Assembly (NCBI GenBank): GCA_050951925.1
Contig: JBMNJZ010000001.1
Span: 915,015 to 979,014, forward strand
Direction: 5' to 3'
DNA: 64,000 nucleotides
From: Saccharofermentanales bacterium
GTDB taxonomy: Bacteria > Bacillota > Clostridia > Saccharofermentanales > DTU023
Part shown: positions 15,306 through 24,119 of the stretch, one piece after another
How the letters are laid out: the number at the start of each line of letters is the position of its first letter
Numbering within the stretch: position 1 is the stretch's first letter
Translations under genes and position numbers: made by a program
Notes under the pieces: generated by a model
Told to the model about the DNA's origin: nothing
The model's database searches: none
What the model saw: the letters and a program-made list of their open reading frames with translations, nothing else

Positions 15306-18300
15306 ATGGCTGAAGCTTTGCATTTTAATCGCGCACTGGGGATAGACATCGGTTCTACGACTGTTAAAGTATCCCTCACTTGTGGCGGGCAGATTGTATT
15401 TGAGCGCTACGAGCGCCATCTTTCCCATATCCAAGATAAAACAATTGAGCTATTGGAGCAGGCGTCTGATCTGCTGGCGGCGGCTCCTTTTACGGTGGCT
15501 TTGTCCGGGTCGGCTGGATTGGGGCTGTCCGAAATATCCGGCCTGCCCTTTGTGCAAGAGGTTTATGCGACGGGAGAAATCGTAAAGCAACTGGAGCCGG
15601 ACACCGGCGCGGTGATTGAGCTCGGCGGCGAAGATGCCAAGGTGATCTTTTTTGCCGGCGGCACCGATGCCCGAATGAACGGGAGCTGTGCCGGCGGCAC
15701 GGGAGCTTTCATCGACCAGATGGCCGCTTTGCTTGACATGACAATTCCTGAGCTGGATGAGGCATCTTTTCGAGCGGAGAGAATCTATCCGATCGCTTCC
15801 AGATGCGGTGTATTCGCCAAGACGGATGTGCAAGCGCTGTTCAATCAGGGCGCCGGCAAAGAGGATGTGGCGGCTTCGATCTATCAGGCTGTGGTGAATC
15901 AGACTATCGTCGGTCTGGCTCAGGGCAGGCAGCTGCAGGGCAAATTGCTTTTTCTGGGCGGCCCGCTGTACTACTGTGCCGGTCTGCGCCGGCGTTTTCG
16001 TGAGACGCTGCAACGGGATGAAACGGACTGCATCTGCCCGGACTATGCCTTATTCGCGGTAGCGCGGGGAGCCGCATATCTGAGCCGGAATCTAGAGCCA
16101 TATACTTATGACAGATTGATTGAGAGCATCAGGCGCACGGATGAGAAATCTCATTATGAGCGCGGTTTTGTGGAGCCTCTGTTTACAGATGCGGAAGAAT
16201 ACCGGAACTTCAGGGAGCGGCATGAGCAAGATAATGTCGTTGAGCGCAGCATCGAAGATTATACCGGCCGGGCTTGGCTGGGAATTGACAGCGGCAGCAC
16301 GACGACAAAGCTGGTTCTGATCTCGGAGGATCAGGAGCTTCTATACAGTTATTATTGTGTCAATCGCGGTTCGCCGGTCGAGATTGTACTGGAGCAGCTG
16401 CGGGAGATCCGCCGTCTCTGCGGCGACCGGATTGAAATCTGCGGGGCCGCCAGTACGGGTTATGGCGAAGCTCTGATGCAGCATGCTTTTCATACGGATG
16501 CCGGAGTGGTGGAGACTATGGCCCATTATACGGCGGCGCGGTTTTTCCAGCCCGAGGTCGATTTTATCCTGGATATCGGCGGCCAGGACATCAAATGCTT
16601 CTATATTAAGAACGGCGCAATTGATTCGATCATGCTCAATGAGGCTTGTTCATCGGGCTGCGGTTCTTTCCTGGAGACTTTCGCCCATGCGATGGGATAT
16701 GAGGCGGATGAGTTTGCTAGGCTGGGCATCAAGGCGAAGGCTCCGGTAGATCTGGGTTCGCGCTGTACTGTGTTTATGAATTCCTCAATCAAACAGGCGC
16801 AAAGAGAAGGGGCCTCCCTGGCGGATATTGCGGCCGGACTTTCAATCAGCGTGGTCAAGAATGCTCTGTACAAGGTGATCCGCGCCGGCTCGCCGGACGA
16901 ACTGGGCGAGCATATTGTGGTCCAGGGCGGCACTTTGCTGAATGACGCGGTTCTGCGGGCACTGGAACTTGAATTGGGCCGCGATGTGATCCGGCCTGAG
17001 ATTGCCGGGCTGATGGGCGCTTTCGGCGCTGCTCTTGTCGCTAGGCAGTTCGGGTCGAGCAATTTGCTGTCAGAGGCGGAGCTGGCTGAGTTCAGACATG
17101 AATCCTCGGTGCGTATTTGCCGCGGCTGCACCAATCACTGCACATTGACAGTCAATCGCTTCGCCGACGGCGGTAGATATATCTCGGGCAATCAGTGTCA
17201 GAAGCCGCTGGGACTCGATGCTTGTGAGGAGCTGCCCAATCTGTACCACTGGAAGCGGGAGAGGCTCCTGGCCCTGGCTGCCGGCTCGGGTGCCGGGACG
17301 GGTGCCGGGATGGATGCCGGGGCGGATGCAAAGCGCCTTCGTCCCAAAAGAAGCGGGAAACAGGAGGGGGAGCTGGCTGTGACAACAGATCGGGCGCTGG
17401 GGCGGATGTCGGAGCAGATGCCGGAACAGAGGCCGGGGCGGATGGCGGAGCAGAGGCGGGAGAGTCCGCGCGGCCGGATCGGTCTGCCCACAACGCTGTC
17501 CACCTATGAGCTGGCGCCGCTCTGGCAGGCGTTGTTTACGGAGCTGGGCTACGAGGTAGTTTTCTCGCCGCTCTCGACCAGGCGTATTTATGAGCAAGGG
17601 CAGCTATCGATCCCGTCGGATACGATTTGTTATCCGGCGAAGGTTATGCATGGCCATATTGAGCTATTGCTGGAGCAGGGATTGGAGCTGCTGTTTTATC
17701 CCAGCCTGACCTATAATATTGACGAGGGCGGCAGCAGCAACCATTTTAACTGCCCGGTTGTGGCCTATTACGGCGAGGTTTTGCAGGGCAATCTGGATGC
17801 TCTGAAATCCGTGAAATTTCTTTACCCTTATCTGAATATCAACAGCGCCGGACAGCTGACCCGCACGCTGTACCAAGCGTTGCGCGAGGTCGATCCGACT
17901 ATAGCCAGGAGCGAAGTCAGACGGGCGGTCAGGGCCGGTTATGCCGCTCTGTCAGCCGAGCGCGCTGCGGTGCGCCGGGCAGGCGAGGAGGCCGTGAGAT
18001 ACGCGCGCCGGCATCATAAGCGGATCATGATTTTGGCCGGTCGGCCTTATCATGTCGATCCCGAGATCTGTCACGGCATTGACCGGTTGGCGTCAGCGCT
18101 GGGTTTTGTGATTGTGACCGAAGATTCCGTGGCGCACCTGGCTGAATTGCCGCAGTTGCAGATCCTCAACCAGTGGACTTATCATTCGCGTCTCTATCAG
18201 GCGGCGCAGTTTGCCTGTGATAACGCCGATGTCGAGCTGGTGCAGCTGGTATCCTTCGGCTGCGGCATTGATGCGATCACAAGTGATGAAGTGAAGCGGA

Positions 18301-18551
18301 TTTTGGAGAGCCGGGGCAAGCTCTATACTCAGATTAAGATTGACGATATCAATAATCTTGGCGCTGTCAGGATCAGGTTGCGCAGCCTGCTGGGTGCGCT
18401 TGAGGCTAAAGATGCGGCGGCATGCAGACAGCAAAGGGACGGGGATGGTCGTAGCGGACAGGGTGAGAAGCTGAAAGATGCGGACACAAGCCGGAAACAA
18501 AGAGCCGGAGAACTCAAGCGAACGCTGCCGACCGCTTCCAGCTGGCGGTAA
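15306..18551 (+). CDS. Double BcrA/BadF/HgdC-type (acyl-CoA dehydratase) activase fused to a dehydratase-related domain
   Basis: Two ASKHA-type ATPase modules start at LGIDIGSTTVKV and LGIDSGSTTTKLV. A Cys cluster CRGCTNHCTLTV follows, then a low-complexity linker, then a C-terminal domain typical of the 'CoA-substrate-specific enzyme activase' long proteins of Clostridia. Confidence 0.8.
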   Translation: MAEALHFNRALGIDIGSTTVKVSLTCGGQIVFERYERHLSHIQDKTIELLEQASDLLAAAPFTVALSGSAGLGLSEISGLPFVQEVYATGEIVKQLEPDTGAVIELGGEDAKVIFFAGGTDARMNGSCAGGTGAFIDQMAALLDMTIPELDEASFRAERIYPIASRCGVFAKTDVQALFNQGAGKEDVAASIYQAVVNQTIVGLAQGRQLQGKLLFLGGPLYYCAGLRRRFRETLQRDETDCICPDYALFAVARGAAYLSRNLEPYTYDRLIESIRRTDEKSHYERGFVEPLFTDAEEYRNFRERHEQDNVVERSIEDYTGRAWLGIDSGSTTTKLVLISEDQELLYSYYCVNRGSPVEIVLEQLREIRRLCGDRIEICGAASTGYGEALMQHAFHTDAGVVETMAHYTAARFFQPEVDFILDIGGQDIKCFYIKNGAIDSIMLNEACSSGCGSFLETFAHAMGYEADEFARLGIKAKAPVDLGSRCTVFMNSSIKQAQREGASLADIAAGLSISVVKNALYKVIRAGSPDELGEHIVVQGGTLLNDAVLRALELELGRDVIRPEIAGLMGAFGAALVARQFGSSNLLSEAELAEFRHESSVRICRGCTNHCTLTVNRFADGGRYISGNQCQKPLGLDACEELPNLYHWKRERLLALAAGSGAGTGAGMDAGADAKRLRPKRSGKQEGELAVTTDRALGRMSEQMPEQRPGRMAEQRRESPRGRIGLPTTLSTYELAPLWQALFTELGYEVVFSPLSTRRIYEQGQLSIPSDTICYPAKVMHGHIELLLEQGLELLFYPSLTYNIDEGGSSNHFNCPVVAYYGEVLQGNLDALKSVKFLYPYLNINSAGQLTRTLYQALREVDPTIARSEVRRAVRAGYAALSAERAAVRRAGEEAVRYARRHHKRIMILAGRPYHVDPEICHGIDRLASALGFVIVTEDSVAHLAELPQLQILNQWTYHSRLYQAAQFACDNADVELVQLVSFGCGIDAITSDEVKRILESRGKLYTQIKIDDINNLGAVRIRLRSLLGALEAKDAAACRQQRDGDGRSGQGEKLKDADTSRKQRAGELKRTLPTASSWR

Positions 18552-18577
18552 CTGTCAGTTACAGGGGAAATAAGAAA

Positions 18578-19834
18578 GTGACTTCTGATTATTATGTGCA
18601 GTTTACGCCGGAGATGAAAGAGGAGTACACGATCCTGGTCCCGTCCATGTTGAACGGGCATTTTGAGCTGGTGATCGAATTCCTCGGCACCTATGGTTAC
18701 AAAATGGAGCTGCTGACCGGTCAGGGCAAGGAGATCGTCGATCTGGGTCTGCGCTATGTTCATAATGACACTTGTTATCCGGCTATTCTGGTTATCGGCC
18801 AGTTTCTGCATGCTCTGCGCTCAGGCAAGTATGATCCGCAGAAGACAGCGCTGATTTATTTTCAGACCGGTGGCGGCTGCCGGGCTACCAACTATATCTC
18901 GCTCCTGCGCAAAGCTCTGATCAAAGCCGAGCTGGAGTTCGTGCCGGTAATTTCGCTCAGTCTGTTAAGACTGGAGGAGCATCCCGGTTTCAAGCTGAAT
19001 ATAAGGCAGTTTATGGGTCTGTTTGATGCTCTGCTCTACGGCGATCTGATCTACAGCCTGGTCAATCAAACGAAGCCCTATGAGATCAATGCCGGTGATG
19101 CCGATGCTCTGAAACAGCGCTGGATCAAACAGCTCGGCGACGCTCTGGGCGCTTCCGCTAAAAACAGAGACCGTATTCTGCGCCACCGCAAAGAAACTTA
19201 TCGGAAAATTATTGATGATTTCGCAGCGATCCCAAAACAGCCGCGCGATGCCATCAAGGTTGGTATCGTCGGCGAAATCTATGTCAAGTTCTCGCCGCTG
19301 GGCAATAATAATCTTGAGGACTTTTTGCTTGGCGAAGGCGCTGAAGTCGTTGTGCCCGGTCTGCTGGATTTTTTCATCTACTGTCTCTACAATTCTATTC
19401 TCGATTATAAATACTACGGCCGAGACTTCTTTTTTCATCTGTTAAGCCGGGCTGCTTTCCGTTATCTGTGCAATAAGAAACGCGAGATGATCAAGGTTAT
19501 GGAAGAGGAGGGCAGCTTCCGTCCGCCGGCGCCTTTCGAGCATGTCATAGCGCTGAATAAGGACTATATCAGCTTTGGCGTTAAGATGGGCGAGGGCTGG
19601 CTTTTGCCGGCCGAGATTCTTGAACTCGCCGACAGCGGCGTCAACAATATCGTCTGTGTCCAGCCTTTCGGCTGCCTGCCCAATCATATCGTCGGCAAGG
19701 GCATGATGCGCCCGATCAAAGAACGCAATCCCGACATCAATATCGTTGCTATTGATTACGACACCAGCGCGACCAGCGTCAACCAGGAGAACCGCCTCAA
19801 ACTTATGCTTGCAGCCGCCCGGTTAGCGGATTAG
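18578..19834 (+). CDS. 2-hydroxyacyl-CoA dehydratase-related protein (activase-associated domain)
   Basis: 418 aa with a GTG start. It lies 27 nt downstream of the activase gene. The sequence (YVHNDTCYPAILVIGQ, GGGCRATNY, QPFGCLPNH) is typical of the partner domain encoded with or fused to such activases. Confidence 0.7.
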   Translation: MTSDYYVQFTPEMKEEYTILVPSMLNGHFELVIEFLGTYGYKMELLTGQGKEIVDLGLRYVHNDTCYPAILVIGQFLHALRSGKYDPQKTALIYFQTGGGCRATNYISLLRKALIKAELEFVPVISLSLLRLEEHPGFKLNIRQFMGLFDALLYGDLIYSLVNQTKPYEINAGDADALKQRWIKQLGDALGASAKNRDRILRHRKETYRKIIDDFAAIPKQPRDAIKVGIVGEIYVKFSPLGNNNLEDFLLGEGAEVVVPGLLDFFIYCLYNSILDYKYYGRDFFFHLLSRAAFRYLCNKKREMIKVMEEEGSFRPPAPFEHVIALNKDYISFGVKMGEGWLLPAEILELADSGVNNIVCVQPFGCLPNHIVGKGMMRPIKERNPDINIVAIDYDTSATSVNQENRLKLMLAAARLAD

Positions 19835-20680
19835 GTGGACGAGCAGGCAGAGAAAGAAGATATGGGCAGGGTAGAAGATGTACCAGAGATACTGTTTCCA
19901 GGCTGTGGGTTTGCTGCCGTAGAGGGCCTGGCGCCCGGCGCGGGGGCTGTAAATGATAAAGACAGATATGATAGATAGGAACTGGATGTAATTGTAGCGT
20001 CCCGGCAGGCCAAACAGAAAGTGATAAGCAAACAAAGTCAGCAGATTTAAGATTATCAGATAGAGTAGAGAGCTATTGAGCATCCCGGTCAGATCAGTGT
20101 CGTCACAGTGCTTGTTTTGGATCAGATGGAAGATAAAGACAGTCAGGATGCCGTAGATGTCATAGTCGGAGTCCAGATAGATGACGGCGCACAGAGATAT
20201 GATCATGGCGCTGGTGCCTAAGATCATGCCGAGTACAGGGTGCAGGGAAAGCTCGCCGGGTGTATACCTGATCTGGAAGTAATCCGGTTCATCCTTACTG
20301 CCGAAACAGTTCGTCAAGGGCTGCAGGCGGGCGACTCGGTCCCGCCAGCTGCTGGTCAACAAAGTCCAGCCGGAGAGGAAACCGAGGGCGGCGACGAAAG
20401 TGAAGAGGACATTGGTGCCGGAATTGCCGTAGCCGGCAAGGCTATGGCTGGTGCGGATGATGATTTCGCTAAGGACGGCAAAGCAAGTCAGTCTGAGGAA
20501 GTAGCGGCCCAGATGGCCGGTGCGGCGGTAGCCGAGGGCGATATAAAAAGCGAAGATAGGAAATGCCAGCCTGCCGAGGGCGCGCAGGGTGAAATACAGA
20601 TCCGGCGGCAGCCAATATCCGAAATAATATCCAATATGATCAATCAGCATGCTGATGGCGGCTATCAGTTTTAGAAGCAT
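19823..20680 (-). CDS. TraX-family membrane protein
   Basis: The N-terminus MLLKLIAAISMLIDHIG is the characteristic TraX-family start. It is polytopic and hydrophobic throughout. It overlaps the convergent upstream gene by 12 nt. Confidence 0.75.
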   Translation of the reverse strand: MLLKLIAAISMLIDHIGYYFGYWLPPDLYFTLRALGRLAFPIFAFYIALGYRRTGHLGRYFLRLTCFAVLSEIIIRTSHSLAGYGNSGTNVLFTFVAALGFLSGWTLLTSSWRDRVARLQPLTNCFGSKDEPDYFQIRYTPGELSLHPVLGMILGTSAMIISLCAVIYLDSDYDIYGILTVFIFHLIQNKHCDDTDLTGMLNSSLLYLIILNLLTLFAYHFLFGLPGRYNYIQFLSIISVFIIYSPRAGRQALYGSKPTAWKQYLWYIFYPAHIFFLCLLVHLIR

Positions 20681-21012
20681 TCTCTGACCTCTCAGGCTGC
20701 TTGCGGTGTTTTACGGATTTGCAGCGGCTTGGGGCGCGCATTATCCGAGCCCAGCAGGTTGTCAACAGTACTTTCAGCCGGATTTGCAGCGGCGGATTCT
20801 GCATCTCGCAGTAGAAAAATTCAGGTTATTCTTCTTGCTTAGGCAGATAAACTATTGTATCATGACAGCCGTAAGGCGACTAGATTTTCAGATTTAGATC
20901 CGTTCAAAACTGAAAGCTTGCTATTCAATGATTTTAGTTGGAGATTTTAGTGGGAAATGCTTTTCACATATCGATTGCATATGTGTTATTTTGCGGCAAT
21001 AGGAAATAACGA

Positions 21013-22020
21013 ATGGGATTAGGATTAAATATAGGGATTGATCTCGGCACGGCAACGGTGATCATCTATGTAGTGGGCAAAGGTATTGTCCTGAGAGAGC
21101 CGGCCGTGGTGGCATTGCACAGCAAGACGGGCAAAGTGCTGGCGGTTGGTGAGAGTGCCAGCCTGATGCTGGGGCGCACACCCAATATTGTGCAGGCGAT
21201 CCGTCCTTTGCGCGACGGCGTCATCTCCGATTTCCAAGTTACGGAAGTCATGCTCAAGAGTTTTATCAGCCGGGTCAACACCGGTTTTCTGGCGCGCTAT
21301 TTCAAGCCTACGATTGTAGTCTGCGTACCCAGCGTAATTACGCAAGTGGAGACCAGAGCAGTTGAGGATGCCTGCCGTCACGCCGGCGCCAAAGAGGTGT
21401 ATCTGATCCGCGAGCCGGTGGCGGCAGCTATCGGAGCCGGTATTGATATTACTCAAGCCAGCGGCAGTATGGTCGTGGATATCGGCGGCGGCACCACAGA
21501 TATCGCAGTTATTTCTCTCTGTCAGCCCGTGGTTGACAGTTCGATCAAAGTAGCCGGCGATAAATTTGATGATGCGATTATCAAATATGTGCGCAGAAAA
21601 TATAATGTGCTGATCGGTGAGCAGACAGCCGAGGAGCTGAAGAGAAATATCGGCTGCGCCTATCCCCGCGAAGAGGAATTGACGATGGAAGTCAGAGGCC
21701 GCAATCTGATTACCGGGATGCCGGCCACATTAGCTCTGAATTCGACAGAGATGCTGGAGGCGCTGGAAGAGCCGGTCAGTCAGATTTTTGAAGCCGTGCA
21801 CACAGTGCTGGAGAGCACACCTCCGGAACTGATGGCGGATATCAGCCAAAGAGGCCTGGTCATGACCGGCGGCGGAGCGCTGTTGTACGGACTCGATCTG
21901 ATGCTGGCTGCTAAAATCGGTATTGAGGTGCTGTTGGCAGAGGATGCCGAATCCTGTGTCGCGGTAGGTACCGGCCTGGCGTTGGGCATTATGGAAAAAT
22001 TCAGTGATCTGGCTGACTGA
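21013..22020 (+). CDS. mreB: Rod shape-determining actin homologue MreB/Mbl
   Basis: Motifs seen: GIDLGTATVIIYV, REPAVVA, EPVAAAIGAG, VVDIGGGTTDIAV and MTGGGALL. Confidence 0.9.
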   Translation: MGLGLNIGIDLGTATVIIYVVGKGIVLREPAVVALHSKTGKVLAVGESASLMLGRTPNIVQAIRPLRDGVISDFQVTEVMLKSFISRVNTGFLARYFKPTIVVCVPSVITQVETRAVEDACRHAGAKEVYLIREPVAAAIGAGIDITQASGSMVVDIGGGTTDIAVISLCQPVVDSSIKVAGDKFDDAIIKYVRRKYNVLIGEQTAEELKRNIGCAYPREEELTMEVRGRNLITGMPATLALNSTEMLEALEEPVSQIFEAVHTVLESTPPELMADISQRGLVMTGGGALLYGLDLMLAAKIGIEVLLAEDAESCVAVGTGLALGIMEKFSDLAD

Positions 22021-22084
22021 TGGTTTATTTTTCAGGCTTCAGGTTTAATAGCTTAGCACGAATATGAGGAGAGTGTCCCGGTAG

Positions 22085-22113
22085 TTGACGATTCTGTTAA
22101 GGCCCATTATACT
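22085..22113 (+). promoter_or_regulatory. Candidate sigma-A promoter of rho
   Basis: TTGACG (22085-22090), an exact 17-nt spacer, then TATACT (22108-22113). It lies ~135 nt upstream of the rho ATG. Confidence 0.5.
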
Positions 22114-22249
22114 GGTTGTATCTTAGTTTCCCTGACTTCCAGATTTATTGAATATAGCCTGATGCGCTTTTTGCGTATGCGCCGGAAGAGGGAATCCCTT
22201 GATAGATTTTATTGCGGCAAATTGCCGACTTATTTGAGGAGAATCTTGC

Positions 22250-24118
22250 ATGTCCCAACTTATACTGAAAGGCAAGAAGAAGAGTGATCTTGCCGTAATC
22301 GCTCAGGTTGCAGGTCTTTTGACGGAAAAAGAGACCAAAAAGATGACCAAGCAGGAATTGCTTGACTATCTGCTGAGCGTGGAAGAGAAACTGACGGCGG
22401 ACGGAGCAGCTCCGGAGTCCGGAGCAGGCCAAGAATCGAAGGCGGCTGCTAAAACTGCCGTAGAGTCCGGAGGCGCTAAGACCTCGTCCAAAGCAGCAAA
22501 AACCACTGCCGAGTCTATGGTTGCAAAGGACACCACGGAGGAATCCGCTGAAGCTGCCACTGAGAAGCCGCCTGAAACGGAGGCGGCTATTACCGCAACT
22601 AAGAGACAAAGAGCCGGTTTGACGACTCGGAAAACTACAGCCCGCAAGACTGCCGGCAGCAGTCAACGCAGAAGTACTGCACTAGCGCCGGCAAGCGGCG
22701 CCGCCAAGGCCAAGCCTAAAATCAGGCGCACCCGTGTCAGCTCTGCAGATGATCAGTCTGCTGACGAAGGCGCCAAGTCGGTAGCACTTGAGCCTGTGGC
22801 GAGGCAGGCCGAGACCAGGCTAACTGTAACGGATCACAATAGTACCGCTGCCCCGGATAAGCTGAAAGCAGACGCCGCTGACTCAAATGAAGAATCCGAG
22901 CAGGAGAAAGATAGCACCAGGGCTGTTGCGGAAGTGGAAGAGAAAGCGGCTGAAATCGTAGGCGGAGTGCTGGAGATCATGCAGGACAACTACGGTTTCC
23001 TGAGAAGAGAAAATTATCTGCAGGGCATTAATGATATCTATGTTCCTCCTCAGTATATACGCAGATTCGGACTGCGCACCGGTGATTATGTTGTCGGACC
23101 CTGCCGGCATCAACGCGATAATGACCGTTATCAAGCTCTCTATTATGTCAAGGAGGTCAACGGTCTGCCGCCGGATAAGATGATCCGCAGACCGCATTTT
23201 GACCGCCTGACCCCAATTTATCCCAATGAAAGATTTGTCCTGGAAACAAACCGGCAGGAACTCTCCACCAGAATTATTGATCTGGTTGCTCCCATCGGCA
23301 AAGGTCAACGCGGCATGATCGTATCGCCGCCCAAAGCCGGTAAAACAATTCTGCTTCAGAAGATCGCTAAGGCGATCTCTGCCAATAGCCCTTCGACCAA
23401 GTTGATCGTATTGCTGATTGACGAAAGACCGGAAGAAGTTACAGATATGCAGCGCTCGATTGACGGCGAGGTTGTGTACTCGACTTTCGACAAAACGCCG
23501 GAAAATCATGTGCGGGTGACCGAACTGGTTTTGGAGCGGGCGATGCGCCTGGTCGAGCTAAAGCAGGATGTAGTTATTCTTTTGGACAGCATTACGCGGA
23601 TGGGCCGCGCTTACAATCTGACCATCACACCTACCGGCAGAACACTGTCAGGTGGTCTTGATCCGGGTGCTCTCTACGGACCGAAACGCTTCTTCGGAGC
23701 CGCCCGGAATATTGAGAACGGCGGCAGCCTGACTATCATTGCCACGGCACTGATTGAAACCGGCTCGCGCATGGATGAGGTCATATTTGAAGAATTCAAA
23801 GGAACAGGCAATATGGAAGTATTGCTTGACCGCAAACTGTCTGAGAAACGCATTTTCCCGGCGATTGACATTACGCGTTCCAGCACCAGAAGAGAAGAGC
23901 TGTTGCTGTCGCCCAAAGAGCTCGATGCGGTTTGGGGTATACGCAAGGCCTTCGGTTCGCTTGATACGGCGGCGGTGACGGAAACGATAATCAGTCTGCT
24001 TCTCAAGACCAGGAACAATGATCAATTCATTTCCTCCATTAATATCAGCTTTGACGATAAATCACTATTTGACGCCATGCGCGGCAATTTGAAAACAAAC
24101 TCTAATAACGGGAAATAA
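22250..24118 (+). CDS. rho: Transcription termination factor Rho with a ~190-aa low-complexity N-terminal insert
   Basis: There is an N-terminal Rho_N-like helix pair (KMTKQELLDYLL). An RNA-binding domain starts at GVLEIMQDNYGFLR. The Walker A is PPKAGKT. The C-terminal RecA core is ALIETGSRMDEVIFEEFKGTGNME. Confidence 0.95.
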   Translation: MSQLILKGKKKSDLAVIAQVAGLLTEKETKKMTKQELLDYLLSVEEKLTADGAAPESGAGQESKAAAKTAVESGGAKTSSKAAKTTAESMVAKDTTEESAEAATEKPPETEAAITATKRQRAGLTTRKTTARKTAGSSQRRSTALAPASGAAKAKPKIRRTRVSSADDQSADEGAKSVALEPVARQAETRLTVTDHNSTAAPDKLKADAADSNEESEQEKDSTRAVAEVEEKAAEIVGGVLEIMQDNYGFLRRENYLQGINDIYVPPQYIRRFGLRTGDYVVGPCRHQRDNDRYQALYYVKEVNGLPPDKMIRRPHFDRLTPIYPNERFVLETNRQELSTRIIDLVAPIGKGQRGMIVSPPKAGKTILLQKIAKAISANSPSTKLIVLLIDERPEEVTDMQRSIDGEVVYSTFDKTPENHVRVTELVLERAMRLVELKQDVVILLDSITRMGRAYNLTITPTGRTLSGGLDPGALYGPKRFFGAARNIENGGSLTIIATALIETGSRMDEVIFEEFKGTGNMEVLLDRKLSEKRIFPAIDITRSSTRREELLLSPKELDAVWGIRKAFGSLDTAAVTETIISLLLKTRNNDQFISSINISFDDKSLFDAMRGNLKTNSNNGK

Positions 24119-24119
24119 G

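Noticed and set aside
15382-18811. Many 60-190-aa ORFs on both strands inside the activase gene (for example 15450-16013, 16601-17134, 17070-17597, 18329-18811)
   Set aside because: They overlap a long gene with clear domain motifs. The locally high GC content suppresses stop codons in alternative frames, and their products are Arg/Pro/Ser-rich nonsense.
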